The translations under genes were made by a program, and so were the position numbers. DNA of 60,268 bases, counting the filler. It is 5 parts of 5 records of this genome, joined end to end, with 100 filler letters (N's around TTAATTAATTAA, not from the genome) between each part and the next. Parts side by side here need not be neighbours in the genome. Positions count along the whole stretch, not along the records: positions 53,979 to 60,268 come from SRR31156797_9552; 4 more parts are not named here. One strand, written 5' to 3'. Below, in pieces: positions 59,782 through 60,268 of this stretch. Each line of letters begins with the position of its first letter. Position 1 is the stretch's first letter. The notes under the pieces are model-generated. The model was given only the letters and a program-made list of their open reading frames with translations, ran no database searches and had not been told where the DNA came from.

Positions 59782-60268
59782 CCCTTAGTACTATTTCAAA
59801 ACAAGCACCATCATCTTTATTGTATGCTTTGATTTTACCTTCTAAATGTTTTTCTACAATTGTCTTTGACATATAAAGTCCTAAACCTGTTCCTTCTAAT
59901 TCATCTTTAGTAGTAAAATATGGCTCAAAAATCTTATCTTTAATCCCCTCAGAAATACCACCTGCATTATCCAAAACTTGAATAACTATGTTTTCACCAT
60001 CTAAATATTCATAAACATCTATTTTTTTGTGTTCTATTTCTCTTTGAACTAAAACTTCTTTTGCATTTTTTAAAATGTTTATAACTACTTGTAAAAACTC
60101 TTTTTCAAAACTATTAACTTTTCTATTTGAAGTAAACTCTTGATTCACTTCAATATTATTATTCTCTAAAGTTTTTCCCATAACAGAAAAGGCATCTTTA
60201 AATACATCTTTTATATAAAAACTCTCTTTTTGCTTATTAGGTTTAAAGAAGTTTCTAAAGTCTTCAAT
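59768..60268 (-). CDS. Sensor histidine kinase, C-terminal ATPase fragment
   Basis: NILKNA, DNAGGI, FEPYFTTK, GTGLGL; frame continues to the window edge. Confidence 0.9.
   Translation of the reverse strand: MEDFRNFFKPNKQKESFYIKDVFKDAFSVMGKTLENNNIEVNQEFTSNRKVNSFEKEFLQVVINILKNAKEVLVQREIEHKKIDVYEYLDGENIVIQVLDNAGGISEGIKDKIFEPYFTTKDELEGTGLGLYMSKTIVEKHLEGKIKAYNKDDGACFEIVLRGESV

Overview
The window is not one locus. It is five contigs joined by 100-nt artificial linkers (44 N + TTAATTAATTAA + 44 N) at 7831-7930, 21227-21326, 30658-30757 and 53879-53978. Contig A (1-7830, Arcobacteraceae/Campylobacterota-like by protein content) carries pyk, a TolC protein, argD, a two-component pair, ccoG and pyrB. 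Contig B (7931-21226, also Arcobacteraceae-like) carries gltDB, yggS and a rearranged SiaABCD-like signalling cluster. That cluster comprises a membrane sensor fusing two periplasmic binding domains, a PP2C phosphatase and a SiaB-type kinase, plus a second FIST-PP2C phosphatase, SiaC, and a SiaD-like protein with a dead GGDEF site. It is the best candidate here for an undescribed system. Contig C (21327-30657, low-GC, taxon not determined) has a structured GC-rich element at its edge, a DUF116 protein, a stand-alone degenerate DnaE-type PHP domain, an ankyrin lipoprotein, a tandem receiver protein and sbcDC. Contig D (30758-53878, Bacteroidota) has secreted proteins, a C10 peptidase, three DEAD-box helicases, three STAS/SEC14-like small genes, katG-perR with a putative operator and a MITE-like palindrome, a 1115-aa triple ricin-lectin protein, idi, recR and a truncated tRNA-Arg(ACG). 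Contig E (53979-60268, Arcobacteraceae-like) has a Lap-type type I secretion operon and two-component genes. All family calls come from motif recognition by eye; no database search was run.
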